A stretch of 64,000 bases of DNA, taken from positions 1 through 64,000 of the IMG/VR virus record IMGVR_UViG_3300044712_000833; one strand, written 5' to 3'. The translations under genes and the position numbers were made by a program. Source of the stretch: a virus. The notes beneath the pieces were generated by a model. The model worked only from the letters and a program-made list of their open reading frames with translations. It was not told the origin of the DNA and did not search any database. Shown piece after piece: positions 37,947 through 48,507 of the stretch; the first letter of the stretch is position 1; each line of letters starts with the position of its first letter.

Positions 37947-38417
37947 ATGAGTGTAATAAGCTTTGATTTATCAATGAGCAACGTTGGGTATTCGATATTT
38001 AGCGATGACGGTCTGTTTTTTATGACAGGCAGTATAGAAACGAATGGAAAAGATAGTACTCCCAAGAGACTAAAACATATCGCTAAAGAGATGAATAAAT
38101 TAAAAAAAGAAAATCCCAAAACAATAGTAATCGAAAGAGGTTTTTATAGATTTGCAGGATCAACGCAACAAATTTTTCGTGTTCACGGAATAACGAATCT
38201 TATTTTTGCAGATATTGAACAAGTTGAAATACACGCCACATCGGTTAGAAAAACCGTTTTCGGACACGGAAACATGAAAAAAGAACAGGTCGAAGAGTAT
38301 GTTAAACAAAATTATCCTGATTTTAAATATAACAATCTTGACGAAATGGATAGTTTTGTTTTAGGTCTCGCGTATTTCAAACAGAAGGGAATAATCAATG
38401 GCGCGGAAAACTTTTAG
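37947..38417 (+). CDS. ruvC: RuvC-like Holliday junction resolvase
   Basis: FDLS..NVG, VIE, RK..FGHGN.KK, DE.D. Confidence 0.8.
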   Translation: MSVISFDLSMSNVGYSIFSDDGLFFMTGSIETNGKDSTPKRLKHIAKEMNKLKKENPKTIVIERGFYRFAGSTQQIFRVHGITNLIFADIEQVEIHATSVRKTVFGHGNMKKEQVEEYVKQNYPDFKYNNLDEMDSFVLGLAYFKQKGIINGAENF

Positions 38418-39393
38418 AAAAGTGATTGTCACAGAAGAATTATTGCAACAAATAAATCCAGAAAATAAGAAACTGGTTTCAAGGTTTATTAAAGAAAAAT
38501 CAACAAGGTCTAGCGAAGTTACAATAAAAAATTATCAGTCGGATGCTGATATATTCTTTGTTTATAATCTTTTGCATAATGATAATAAACATTTTACAGA
38601 ATTGAAGAAATTAGAAATAATTGATTTTTTTAGTTACGCGATTGAAGAATTGAAGTGGGGTTCTGCTAGGTGTAACAGGATGAGAAGTTTTTTAAGTTCT
38701 TTATCTCAGTATATTGAACGAGTTTTGGATGATGAATTTCCAAATTTTCGAAATATAATATTGAAAGCTGTTCAATCTATCCCTAAAGAAATTAGAAGAG
38801 AAAAAACAATTCTAACAGACGAACAAGTTCAAGATTTGTTAAACCACTTATCTGAAAAAGACTCTCAACAAGCATTTTGGTTAGCTTTAGCTGTTTATTC
38901 TGGAAGTAGATTTTCTGAAATTCTTAGATTTACAACGGACTTAATTGACCCGAATAATTCTGTTTTTGAGGGACTATTTTTAGAGACCGTAAAAGAAATA
39001 AAAACAAAAGGAAGAGGACGAGGTGGAAAAATGCTTCATAAATACATCCTCAAAGAAAAATTTCTTCCTTATTACTACAAATGGCTTGAAGATAGAAAAA
39101 CAATATTGGAAAAAAATAATCTTGACCATAATTATTTATTCATTAAAAACGACGGGTCTCCCGCAACAGATGGTACAGTTAGGTCTTGGATAGCGTCTAT
39201 GGATAGATATTTAGGTTCACCTTTTTACGCCCATGCCTGTAGGCATTTTTTATGTACGGAATTAACTAGAAAAAAAATACCTCAAGCGTTTATTCAATTT
39301 TTGTTCGGTTGGTCAAGTGCCGAAATGTATTCTATTTACAACGATCTGACGGCTAAAGATATGGAATGGTCAGGTCTTGAAAACTTAAAATAA
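38398..39393 (+). CDS. tyrosine recombinase (YomM-like position)
   Basis: SGSRFSE, KTKG, HACRH, FGW, SIY catalytic set. Confidence 0.85.
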   Translation: MARKTFRKVIVTEELLQQINPENKKLVSRFIKEKSTRSSEVTIKNYQSDADIFFVYNLLHNDNKHFTELKKLEIIDFFSYAIEELKWGSARCNRMRSFLSSLSQYIERVLDDEFPNFRNIILKAVQSIPKEIRREKTILTDEQVQDLLNHLSEKDSQQAFWLALAVYSGSRFSEILRFTTDLIDPNNSVFEGLFLETVKEIKTKGRGRGGKMLHKYILKEKFLPYYYKWLEDRKTILEKNNLDHNYLFIKNDGSPATDGTVRSWIASMDRYLGSPFYAHACRHFLCTELTRKKIPQAFIQFLFGWSSAEMYSIYNDLTAKDMEWSGLENLK

Positions 39394-39437
39394 AACAATC
39401 CTCCAATCAGGGAGGTTTCTTTTTGAAAGGAGGATAA

Positions 39438-42400
39438 ATGGCTGGAAATAATTATAAACTTTTACTTGAGGCTCAGTTAGACCCTCAAAAAATTCAAGCA
39501 CAAATTAACGCATTAAGTAATAAAAGTGTTATGAATATAAAAATGGATTTTGCCCAAGGAGATATGGCAAAATTCGAAGCCGAATTAGAAAAAATTAAAA
39601 CAAAGGCTTCCTCTATTGGAAAAGTAACATTATTTGGTAGTGAAAAAGATGGCGTAACAGGAATAAATAGGGCAGTCGTAGAGTATAAAGATGCTTTAGG
39701 AAATGTTGTTCAAGAGTATCTTCAAATAAATAGTGAAGTGGCAATTACTCAAAAATATACTGAAAATATTGCTAAAGATAAAAAAGAAATACTTGCGCTA
39801 GAAACAAAATCTCTTGCTCTTGAAAAAAAACAAGCAGATGAAATGGAACGCGCAGGAAAAGAAGCTGATTTATTTTTAGCAAAATCTAAAAATTTAGCAT
39901 CTACTCCATCTGTTCAAGCGGCAATAGGGAAAGCAACTGATTTAAAAAATGCTGTTTCAGAAGGCGATATTGCTAAAGTAAGAAAGTTTAAAGACGAACT
40001 TGATTTAGCAAAAGCGGCTCTACAAACTGGAAGAACAGGATTGGACTCTTGGTCTGAAGGTATGCGAAACGCCATAAAACAAACCATAGAATATGCTACG
40101 TCCGTTGGATTAGTTTATGGGGCATTGAGTCAATTACGAGAGGGTATTCAATATTTAACAGATTTGGATAAACAAATGACTGCCATTCAAGTTGTTACAG
40201 GATACACCGATGAGCAAATAGGGAAATTATCCTTGCAATTTAATGGATTAGCAAAAGATTTAGGGGCGACGACTTTAGAAGTAGCTAAAGGATCGACAGA
40301 ATGGTTTAGACAAGGTAAAACAATAGAAGAAACAAGTCAATTAATGGAATCTTCTATGATGATGTCTAAATTAGCAAATATGGATTCTGCTCAATCTACT
40401 GAGTATTTAACAAGTATTATAAACGGCTTTAAATTAGAAGCACAAGATACTCAGGACGTTATTAGTAAACTGGTTTCTTTAGATAATGAGTTTGCAACAT
40501 CAACTTCAGAAATTGCTTCGGCAATGCAGAGATCAAGCGTTTCTGCTCAACAAGCAGGGGTTAGCATGGAAGAATTAGCTTCTATGATTACTGTTGTTTC
40601 CGATGTCAGTAGACGCGCACCAGAGAGTATTGGTGAAAGCTTTAAGACAATGTTTGCTAGGTATCAAGATATTCTTTCGGGACAAGTTGATGAAGAAGGA
40701 ATGGGCATTAATAATGTAGGAAAAGCTCTTGAGAGAGTTGGCGTTAGTATTAGAGATGTTGATGGGGGTTTTAGAGATTTCGGAGATGTTTTAGATGACC
40801 TTTATCCAAAATGGCATTCTCTTAATGAAGTAGAGCAAGCAAACATATTAAAGGCTTTGGCTGGAACAAGACAACGCGAATCTCTTTTGGTTTTACTTGA
40901 AAACGAAACTAAATACAGAAAAGCACTAACAGTTCAAATGGAATCAGAAGGACTTGCTGCTGAAAGATATGCTACATATTTGGATAGTGTTGAAGCGGCT
41001 CAAAACAGAGCAAAAAGTTCAATAGAAAAGTTGTGGATGACAACAACTAATTCTGATGTAATTAAAAATTTTTATAACATAACTGCCGCCATATTAGAGT
41101 CTGTAGATGCAATGGGAGGTCTCGTTCCCCTGCTAACTACAGTAGGAGCGGCTTATTTAGCTTTTAGTGGAAAAATAACATCTGCAAGTTTGGCTATGGC
41201 TATGTCAAAAATATCTATTGATGGAATTATTTTATCAATATATGATTTGGGTGTGGCTATTGACACATTGCTAATTAGTAATCCTGTAGGATGGGCTATT
41301 CTTCTTGTTGGTGGTATAGTTATGATAGCAAACGCTATTCCGACAACTATTGAAAGATTAGATACTTTAAATGAAAAATTTAAAACAATTCAGAATGAAA
41401 TAAAAAAAGTTTCTCAAGAAAGCAATAAAATATCCGAGTTAGCCAATAAGTTTGAAGAGTTGTCTAAGATAAAAAATAAAGATGCTCAACAAACTCAAGA
41501 TTGGATAGATGTTCAAAATCAATTAAAGGAAATGATGCCTTCTTTAATTGGTCATTATGATGAGTATGGAAACTTCATAATTCAAGATACGGACGCAATA
41601 GCCGGTTTAATTGACCAAACAGAACGACTTATTGAAGTTCAAAAAAGACTAGATGAACTTAAATCTGAAGCCGAAGAAACTTCCTCTAAAAGAGCAGGAT
41701 TATTAGAAAAACTTTATAATGAATCTCAAACAGAATTCTTAAGAGGAACTGGTGCAGTAAAATCACAAGAACAAATTAAAGAATCTGTAGAGTTGTATAA
41801 AGAAGCCTTGGAAAAAGAAAAAGGCACTTTTCAATTAATGGGGTATCAGTCTCAATTAGCGTACATAGAGGGGCTTAAAAATCCTGATTTAAAACAATTA
41901 TTTATAGATTATCAAAATGATCTTTATCAAAGTTATGCTAATCAGGCTTCTTCAGGAAGGCTAACTGGTCTTGCGGCTATGTATGGAGAATATCCAACTC
42001 CTCCTTTAGAAGAGTACGCAGGATTTTCTGAAACTATATCTAAGCTAAATTCTCAATTTTCTGATTTAAATTCTTTAATTGAGAAATCGTCTAGTAGTCA
42101 ATTAGAATTTTCAGATATTCAAAAAATACCTGAAGAATATTTAGATGCTTTGTCTGTTGAAAACGGACAACTTAGATTGAATGTCGATTTAATAAAAGAA
42201 AAGCAAGTTGCAGAAGCAGAAGCCGCTTATAAATCCGCTGTTGCGGCTGGAGAAAGCGAAAAATATACAGAAGTTCTTCGTCTTTATTACGAGCAATTAA
42301 AAGAAAGTCAAAATATAATGTTGAATGGAGTCGAAGTTACGGCTGGTGCATTCAATCAGTTGGCTTGGTCAATCGCTCAAAATGCTGCAATGTCTGGAAA

Positions 42401-43640
42401 TTCATTTGTTGACATGCAAGGAAAAGCGTTGAATAGCACAGAGGCTATATATAAGTACTTAACCTCTGGAGATGCGGCATTTAATGATTTTGTCCGTCAA
42501 GCAGCTAATATCACTGGAATGAGTGTTCAACAAATAATGCAACAAATAAATATGATGTTGCTTAAGACACAGCAAAACGCATATGCTGTTGAAAATAGTC
42601 TTAGAGGAATGTCAGGAGTTGCTTATGGTGGTGGTGGTAATTATGACCCTCTTAGATATGCTATTCCAACACAACAATCAACCATAGATACCGACCTTGG
42701 GATATTTACTCCAGCCCCTTCTGGTTATCAATATCCGGGTGGACTTTCTGATTATTCTGGTGGTGGAGGAGGGACATCATCTCAAAACGCAGAATTAGAA
42801 CAACAAAGAGACTTAGAAAAGCAAATTCAAGAAATAGAAAAGCAAATTGAAGATGCCCGTAAAAACGCAGTTGATGATTTAAAAGATCAATTGGATGTAT
42901 ATAAAGATATAATTGATGCAAGAAAAGAAATCATAGATACTTTAGCAGATGAAAGAGCCTATCAACAAGACGTTGAAAATAAAAACAAAGAAATACTCAG
43001 GGTTCAAAATGAATTAGCGACTCTTCAATTTGATACGTCGGAAGAAGCTAACGCTAGAAGACTTGAACTTCAAGATGAGTTATCTAATCTCAATCAAGAT
43101 TTAGAAAATATTCAATACGATCAATCTGTTGAGGTTCAGAAAAAAGCTTTAGACGATGAATACAGTTCTTTTGAAAGTAAAATAAACTCTATGATTAAGC
43201 AAATAGAAGGTATTCAGGCAACTAGCGTTTCAGATTTCGCAAATCAATTGTCTTCTATAATGGCATCTCTTTCAACTCCACCTAAAGGTTCTTCCTTTGA
43301 TCACAATACAACTCCTACTTTTCATGAAGGAGGTGTAGTCGGAAAAGGGATGTCTTTGAAGAGTAATGAAATGTTTGCAAAGCTTTTGAAGGGTGAAGTT
43401 GTTTCTACTCCTAACCAAATAGACACATTTATGAACAAAACTCTTCCTCAAATGATAGATGGAACATCTAATTTTGCTGGAGGAAACATTGAGTTAAACA
43501 TGCCAGTGAACATAAACGGAAATGCAGGAGACTCAATAATTCCAGATTTAGATAAGTTTGCAGAAAAACTTTTGACTAGACTTCAACAAATGATGAATCA
43601 ACGTGGTTGGAATAGACGCGGAGATTTATTCCAAATGTAA
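39438..43640 (+). CDS. tail tape measure protein (TP901-type core)
   Basis: 1400 aa helical; IGESFKTMFAR, NPVGW, FHEGG. Confidence 0.9.
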   Translation: MAGNNYKLLLEAQLDPQKIQAQINALSNKSVMNIKMDFAQGDMAKFEAELEKIKTKASSIGKVTLFGSEKDGVTGINRAVVEYKDALGNVVQEYLQINSEVAITQKYTENIAKDKKEILALETKSLALEKKQADEMERAGKEADLFLAKSKNLASTPSVQAAIGKATDLKNAVSEGDIAKVRKFKDELDLAKAALQTGRTGLDSWSEGMRNAIKQTIEYATSVGLVYGALSQLREGIQYLTDLDKQMTAIQVVTGYTDEQIGKLSLQFNGLAKDLGATTLEVAKGSTEWFRQGKTIEETSQLMESSMMMSKLANMDSAQSTEYLTSIINGFKLEAQDTQDVISKLVSLDNEFATSTSEIASAMQRSSVSAQQAGVSMEELASMITVVSDVSRRAPESIGESFKTMFARYQDILSGQVDEEGMGINNVGKALERVGVSIRDVDGGFRDFGDVLDDLYPKWHSLNEVEQANILKALAGTRQRESLLVLLENETKYRKALTVQMESEGLAAERYATYLDSVEAAQNRAKSSIEKLWMTTTNSDVIKNFYNITAAILESVDAMGGLVPLLTTVGAAYLAFSGKITSASLAMAMSKISIDGIILSIYDLGVAIDTLLISNPVGWAILLVGGIVMIANAIPTTIERLDTLNEKFKTIQNEIKKVSQESNKISELANKFEELSKIKNKDAQQTQDWIDVQNQLKEMMPSLIGHYDEYGNFIIQDTDAIAGLIDQTERLIEVQKRLDELKSEAEETSSKRAGLLEKLYNESQTEFLRGTGAVKSQEQIKESVELYKEALEKEKGTFQLMGYQSQLAYIEGLKNPDLKQLFIDYQNDLYQSYANQASSGRLTGLAAMYGEYPTPPLEEYAGFSETISKLNSQFSDLNSLIEKSSSSQLEFSDIQKIPEEYLDALSVENGQLRLNVDLIKEKQVAEAEAAYKSAVAAGESEKYTEVLRLYYEQLKESQNIMLNGVEVTAGAFNQLAWSIAQNAAMSGNSFVDMQGKALNSTEAIYKYLTSGDAAFNDFVRQAANITGMSVQQIMQQINMMLLKTQQNAYAVENSLRGMSGVAYGGGGNYDPLRYAIPTQQSTIDTDLGIFTPAPSGYQYPGGLSDYSGGGGGTSSQNAELEQQRDLEKQIQEIEKQIEDARKNAVDDLKDQLDVYKDIIDARKEIIDTLADERAYQQDVENKNKEILRVQNELATLQFDTSEEANARRLELQDELSNLNQDLENIQYDQSVEVQKKALDDEYSSFESKINSMIKQIEGIQATSVSDFANQLSSIMASLSTPPKGSSFDHNTTPTFHEGGVVGKGMSLKSNEMFAKLLKGEVVSTPNQIDTFMNKTLPQMIDGTSNFAGGNIELNMPVNINGNAGDSIIPDLDKFAEKLLTRLQQMMNQRGWNRRGDLFQM

Positions 43641-43647
43641 TACACCT

Positions 43648-43685
43648 AATAAAAGAAGAGATATAAAAATCTCTTCTTTTATTTT
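43648..43685 (+). terminator. terminator-like hairpin
   Basis: AATAAAAGAAGAGAT/ATCTCTTCTTTTATT. Confidence 0.7.
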
Positions 43686-43700
43686 AGAAAGGAGAAATAA

Positions 43701-44504
43701 ATGAGCTTTTACGGAAAGTCTTTCCTGTATGATTCAACTCCAAGTGAGTTATATGGGTTGTACATTGCTAACATTGACGCAAATGCTGTGAATGCTTCTA
43801 TGGGTTCTTCGTCTATGGATATTTATGAGAAGAAAATATTTAGAAAAGCTACACCATATTTTTATGGAAGCACGCCCTCTCCGAAGCTTGAATTCGAATT
43901 TTCAGCGTTTGCAGAGCAAGAGCTAGATGCTACCCAGTTTGAGTTAATTCAGAAGTGGTTATTTTCTTCTCGAACATATAAGAGATTTGCAATCGATCAA
44001 CCTGATATTCAAAATATATATTTTAATGCAATTTTAAATGATCCTAAAATACAGCGTGTAGGAAATTTCATTCAAGGATTTAGTTGTACAGTAACTTGCG
44101 ATAGTCCTTTTGCATATCGCTATCCTCAAACAACGACATATACATATACTTCATCTGTTGTGGATTCAACAGAGGTTTATTATAACATGTCTGATGATAC
44201 TGGTGATTATTTATATCCCACTCAGTTAATTATTACTATGAACAATACTGATGGAGAAGTTAGTATTACAAACTTAGATGATAATAATCGAATTATGAGT
44301 TTTACTGGTGTTCAACCGAATGAAATATTAACTGTTAGTCCGTTATATCAAACTATTGAATCCTCAACAGGACTCAAACGAATGGGAAATTTTAATAAAA
44401 AGTTTCTACGATTAGTTCCCAATAAAAATAGACTTAGAATTCAAGGAAATGTTGAATCAATAGTAATGATAAATCAATGGGTAGCGAAAAAAATTTCCGG
44501 GTAG
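43701..44504 (+). CDS. distal tail protein (Dit)
   Basis: position after TMP; CDSPFAY, FLRLVPNKN. Confidence 0.75.
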   Translation: MSFYGKSFLYDSTPSELYGLYIANIDANAVNASMGSSSMDIYEKKIFRKATPYFYGSTPSPKLEFEFSAFAEQELDATQFELIQKWLFSSRTYKRFAIDQPDIQNIYFNAILNDPKIQRVGNFIQGFSCTVTCDSPFAYRYPQTTTYTYTSSVVDSTEVYYNMSDDTGDYLYPTQLIITMNNTDGEVSITNLDDNNRIMSFTGVQPNEILTVSPLYQTIESSTGLKRMGNFNKKFLRLVPNKNRLRIQGNVESIVMINQWVAKKISG

Positions 44505-44512
44505 GAGGTTAA

Positions 44513-47230
44513 ATGGAACAACAATTTGATAAATTTGGCGTACCAGAAACTCCTTATATAATTTTATGTAATCCAGATAAAAGCGAACTTTACTCGCTTG
44601 GTCTTGCATATGACACGAAAATAACAAAAAGATTTAATGCAATTAGTGAATTTACATTTACATTTCCTAAAAGTATTGATGGTGGTCAAACAAATCTAAC
44701 AGCGTATGACTATATTCAAAGCAAAAGATTAATTTTGATTGAGAATTATGGGTATTTTCAAATCATTGATCCAGACGAAGACCTCGATGGCGCAACCCCA
44801 TTAAAAAAAGCAAAATGTCAATCTTTAGAAATAGAATTAGTTTCAAAAAGAGTGACGGCATATGGCGGAACAAAACCGTTATGGAATCCATTAGACTCTA
44901 CGGATACAGTTTTGGGTGACATGATAGAACTTGCCCCGAATTGGAGCATCGGTCATGTCGATAGTGGTTTTATAGGTGTTTATAGAACATTCAATGTTTC
45001 AGACACCAATGTTTACAATTTCTTGACAAACGATGTTTCTAAGGCATTCGAAGCTGTTTTTATATTTGATACTTTCACCAGAACAATTAATGTTTACGAA
45101 TTATCTAACGCAACAACTCAAACTGATATATTTTTAAGTTTTGATAATGTAATATCCTCTGCTGAATTCAATGAAAAATCAGACGAAGTAACAACCGTTC
45201 TTAGTGTATATGGTGGTGGTGTTCTAAATATCAGAAACGTAAATCCATTAGGTACAGATAAGATTTATAACTTTTCTTATTATCAAAATACAAGTTGGAT
45301 GTCTCAAGGGCTTGTTGACGCTTTAGAATCTTGGGATATAGTTGTTGATACCCAACAACCTTTATACGCTGATGGGCTTACTCTTCTTCAAACATATAAC
45401 GCTGAATTATTAGTTTTACAGGCGGACTTGGCAGATTTAGAATCTGAATATCTTGCTCTTGAAGGTGTAAAAGCAGTTAGAATTCAAGCGAACGAAGATT
45501 TATCTTCCATAAATTCTCAACTTGCCGCAAAACAATTAGAAATAGATAATCAAAACACGCTTATATCGAATAAAGAAAATCAGATAGCAGACGTTACATC
45601 CGATCTTCAATCTATTACAAATCTAGTTTCGTTTGAGACTAATTTCACCCCAGAACAATTACTTGAACTAAATAATTTTATGTTTGAAAATACATATAAA
45701 AACGAAAACATTATTCAAACAGATTCCATGAATCCAGTTGAAATTCAAACTCAAGCCCAATCCTTATATAATCAAGCGCAAAACGTTTTAAGTAGAATTT
45801 CTCAATCTAGATATGAGTTTTCTCTTGATGCCATAAATTATATAGACCTTCAAGAGTTTTCTGTTTTTACAAGTCAAACTGAAATGGGATCAGAAATAAC
45901 TGTTGAGTTGGAAAATGATATTTATATTACGGCAGTTTTATTGGAGTTAGAAGTTCAATTGGATAATCCCGAAAATTTCTCAATGACCTTTAGTAACAGA
46001 CTAAGACTTGATAACGGTTCATTTATGTATTCTGATTTAATGGGTCAAGTTGTAAAAACTGGGTCTGCCGTTTCTTTTGATTCTTTAAAATGGAGTAATT
46101 GGGAAAACGATTATAAAGACGAAGTTACTACTTTCATAACATCTTCTTTAAATGCGGCTGTAAATAATTTAGTTAGTAGTGATAACCAAGACATTCTAAT
46201 AAATCAAAATGGATTGAGAGCAAGACAATGGAATGAATCCACATCTTCTTATGATGATAAGCAAATGTGGATGGTTAACAACATGCTTGCTTTTTCCGAT
46301 GATGGATTTCAAACAGCAAAACTAGCTCTTGGGGAAATAACTCTTCAGGGTGGAGGTAGTGCTTTTGGTCTCGTTGGGGAAGTCGTTGTTGGAAAACTGC
46401 TTGCTGGTAATACATTAACGATAGCAAATGGGGCTAATAATTTTGTTCTTGACGAAACAGGAGCTACATTAAATAACGCTAAATTTAGTATCCAGACCAT
46501 CAATACAAAAATAAATATTGACCCAACTGCAACCAATGTTTTTTCAATTCAGAAAAATGAAGGTGGAACATTCAATAACAAGTTTTGGGTGGATAACAGT
46601 GGTAATGTGAATTTTTCAGGAACATTGAGTGGTGCTAACGGAAGTTTTTCTGGAACATTAACCGCGACAGCAGGTTCTATTGGTGGATTAACTATTAACT
46701 CTCAGGGGATACAGAAAGATAATAATAATTACATTAGAAGTAACGGAGATTTAAAGTGGGGTAGTTTGAGTATTACAGGATCAACGGCAACGTTCTCTGG
46801 GGATATATTTGCTAATAAATTAGTTGGAACTGTTGATTGGTCTCAAATTGTAAACGCTCCTCTCCCAACTGACAGGTTTAACACAGGAAGCGGGTATTCC
46901 GCTAGTGGAATTACAACTAATTCGATGTCTGGAAGTAGAGTTTTTGGCGGAACTATAGCCGGATCAGGTATGACTATTTCTTTGACTGGAACCGGAGTCC
47001 CTACAATTCAAGCTAATAACGGTATAACGTTAGGTGTTGCAGGAGCTTATTCTATTAATGTTGGCAACCCAATTGTTCAAACTTCAACTTTTATTGGAGG
47101 AAATTTACAAGTAACAGATAATATCTACGTTAGTGGTGGGACTGGACTAACGACAAGCAGAAGCGTTAGTACCCCCATAGGAACAAGAGTTATGACATTT
47201 TCACACGGAGTACTGGTTGGTTTTAGTTAA
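44513..47230 (+). CDS. tail hub/Tal-like central tail protein
   Basis: position; IRNVNPLG motif, coiled coil, beta-rich C-terminus. Confidence 0.75.
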   Translation: MEQQFDKFGVPETPYIILCNPDKSELYSLGLAYDTKITKRFNAISEFTFTFPKSIDGGQTNLTAYDYIQSKRLILIENYGYFQIIDPDEDLDGATPLKKAKCQSLEIELVSKRVTAYGGTKPLWNPLDSTDTVLGDMIELAPNWSIGHVDSGFIGVYRTFNVSDTNVYNFLTNDVSKAFEAVFIFDTFTRTINVYELSNATTQTDIFLSFDNVISSAEFNEKSDEVTTVLSVYGGGVLNIRNVNPLGTDKIYNFSYYQNTSWMSQGLVDALESWDIVVDTQQPLYADGLTLLQTYNAELLVLQADLADLESEYLALEGVKAVRIQANEDLSSINSQLAAKQLEIDNQNTLISNKENQIADVTSDLQSITNLVSFETNFTPEQLLELNNFMFENTYKNENIIQTDSMNPVEIQTQAQSLYNQAQNVLSRISQSRYEFSLDAINYIDLQEFSVFTSQTEMGSEITVELENDIYITAVLLELEVQLDNPENFSMTFSNRLRLDNGSFMYSDLMGQVVKTGSAVSFDSLKWSNWENDYKDEVTTFITSSLNAAVNNLVSSDNQDILINQNGLRARQWNESTSSYDDKQMWMVNNMLAFSDDGFQTAKLALGEITLQGGGSAFGLVGEVVVGKLLAGNTLTIANGANNFVLDETGATLNNAKFSIQTINTKINIDPTATNVFSIQKNEGGTFNNKFWVDNSGNVNFSGTLSGANGSFSGTLTATAGSIGGLTINSQGIQKDNNNYIRSNGDLKWGSLSITGSTATFSGDIFANKLVGTVDWSQIVNAPLPTDRFNTGSGYSASGITTNSMSGSRVFGGTIAGSGMTISLTGTGVPTIQANNGITLGVAGAYSINVGNPIVQTSTFIGGNLQVTDNIYVSGGTGLTTSRSVSTPIGTRVMTFSHGVLVGFS

Positions 47231-47241
47231 AGGAGAAATAA

Positions 47242-47463
47242 ATGATATATTTAGTTAATAAAATAAAAAAAAGAAATATTTCAGATGAAGGAATTGAATA
47301 TTTTCCTGTAGTTTTATTTGCAGAAGCAGATAATCTTTTAGAAGCTAGTGAAAAAATAATAGATTTTTTAAAGAACTGCAATAATTCATACAGAATGGAT
47401 GATGGCGGATTTTTTATAGCTTTATATCAAATGGCAGAGGAAGTTGAAGTACTAATAAAATGA
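47242..47463 (+). CDS. hypothetical protein
   Basis: SD AAGGAG. Confidence 0.55.
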   Translation: MIYLVNKIKKRNISDEGIEYFPVVLFAEADNLLEASEKIIDFLKNCNNSYRMDDGGFFIALYQMAEEVEVLIK

Positions 47464-47771
47464 AAAATAAAACTTTGTTTTTTATTTTCAGTTTTTTGTT
47501 TATTTTAAGTCTTTTTGGATTTATAAAGAACAGATTTGAAAATAATTTTATCTATTTGTATGGAGAAAAACAAAAAGTAGAAGACGTTGCTTATATGTAT
47601 TGGTATCCAGAAGATAGTTTAGAGAATGTATCTTATTATAAATTTAAAAAAGAAACTATTCTTTATTGTAAACAAGAAATTGGAAACTATATGCTTTGCG
47701 CTTGGAAATTTTCTTTATTTCAAGAGCCTTTATTTGGATGGATAAAAATGGAGAAATTGAAGAATGAGTAG
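47460..47771 (+). CDS. membrane-anchored small protein
   Basis: N-terminal TM. Confidence 0.55.
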   Translation: MKNKTLFFIFSFLFILSLFGFIKNRFENNFIYLYGEKQKVEDVAYMYWYPEDSLENVSYYKFKKETILYCKQEIGNYMLCAWKFSLFQEPLFGWIKMEKLKNE

Positions 47772-47961
47772 ATATATAAAAATAGATAAGGGTTTTCAAG
47801 AAATACTTGATAAGATAAATTTTAATTTATCTTTAATTGAGGTAAAGGGAGAATCTGTAATGTACTTATTTAATGGCAGAATGCTCCTTCAACAACTTCT
47901 AGAGAAACCAATAGATGAAGAAGAAATTATAAAAGAAAAAGAATTCAAAAAGGAGGAATAA
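47764..47961 (+). CDS. hypothetical protein
   Basis: translationally coupled ORF. Confidence 0.55.
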   Translation: MSRYIKIDKGFQEILDKINFNLSLIEVKGESVMYLFNGRMLLQQLLEKPIDEEEIIKEKEFKKEE

Positions 47962-48320
47962 TGGTTCAAACTTACACAATATATGCCCAAATAAACTCAT
48001 TAGAAGAATTTGGTTTTATTGCTGGAACCTCATTTACATTAAATTACAATGTATACGAACAAGACGGCGTTACTCCTTTAGATATGGGCGGTGCAACTTT
48101 TAAATGGGTTTTGAGTCCATATGGTCAAAATTATAGTGTTCTTGAAAAAACGGGGGTAATTACAGGAGTGGGAACGGCAGAAGTTCAATTAGATACTATA
48201 GATACATTGACTCTTTCGGGAAAATATATTCAACAGCCAGTGGTTGTTTCTTTTAGTGGTGAAGAGTATCGTCCCGGTCAAGGTGTTATACTTTTTGTAC
48301 CTCAGACTCCGTTGGCTTAA
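47961..48320 (+). CDS. baseplate upper (BppU-N-like) protein
   Basis: PLDM.G...V.L...DT..LSGKY. Confidence 0.55.
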   Translation: MVQTYTIYAQINSLEEFGFIAGTSFTLNYNVYEQDGVTPLDMGGATFKWVLSPYGQNYSVLEKTGVITGVGTAEVQLDTIDTLTLSGKYIQQPVVVSFSGEEYRPGQGVILFVPQTPLA

Positions 48321-48324
48321 CTCC

Positions 48325-48353
48325 TTGACAAAATAATGCTTTTATGGTAGAAT
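48325..48353 (+). promoter_or_regulatory. promoter of relic cassette
   Basis: TTGACA-N17-TAGAAT with TG. Confidence 0.8.
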
Positions 48354-48357
48354 ATTT

Positions 48358-48415
48358 TTGGTAGATAGGGAATCTAGACCTGATAAGAACGTAATCCCAA
48401 ACGTTCTTCTACCAA
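48358..48415 (+). ncRNA. three-helix leader RNA, copy E (orphan)
   Basis: P1 TTGGTAGA/TCTACCAA, GATAG, TGATAAG, P3 AAGAACGT/ACGTTCTT, loop AATCCCAA. Confidence 0.7.
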
Positions 48416-48426
48416 TTTTATTTTCT

Positions 48427-48477
48427 TTTGATAATATAGAAAACATTTTAGAGAAAATACTATCTGAGTTGAGATAG
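48427..48477 (+). pseudogene. C-terminal remnant of deleted endonuclease gene
   Basis: translates FDNIENILEKILSELR*, cf. YDNIEKILEETLQELERS* of the 34187 ORF. Confidence 0.65.
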
Positions 48478-48507
48478 TGTTTTTTATTTTAAGGAGGATT
48501 TTAAATA

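Noticed and set aside
38398-39437. Lysogeny module or attP beside the recombinase
   Set aside because: No repressor pair, no att-like gap and no host genes in the window; lifestyle cannot be determined here.
48358-48415. Hammerhead ribozyme reading of the leader RNA (CTGATAAG resembles CUGAUGAG)
   Set aside because: No GAAA follows the next stem and there is no conserved cleavage triplet; other copies have GAAAAG at this position.
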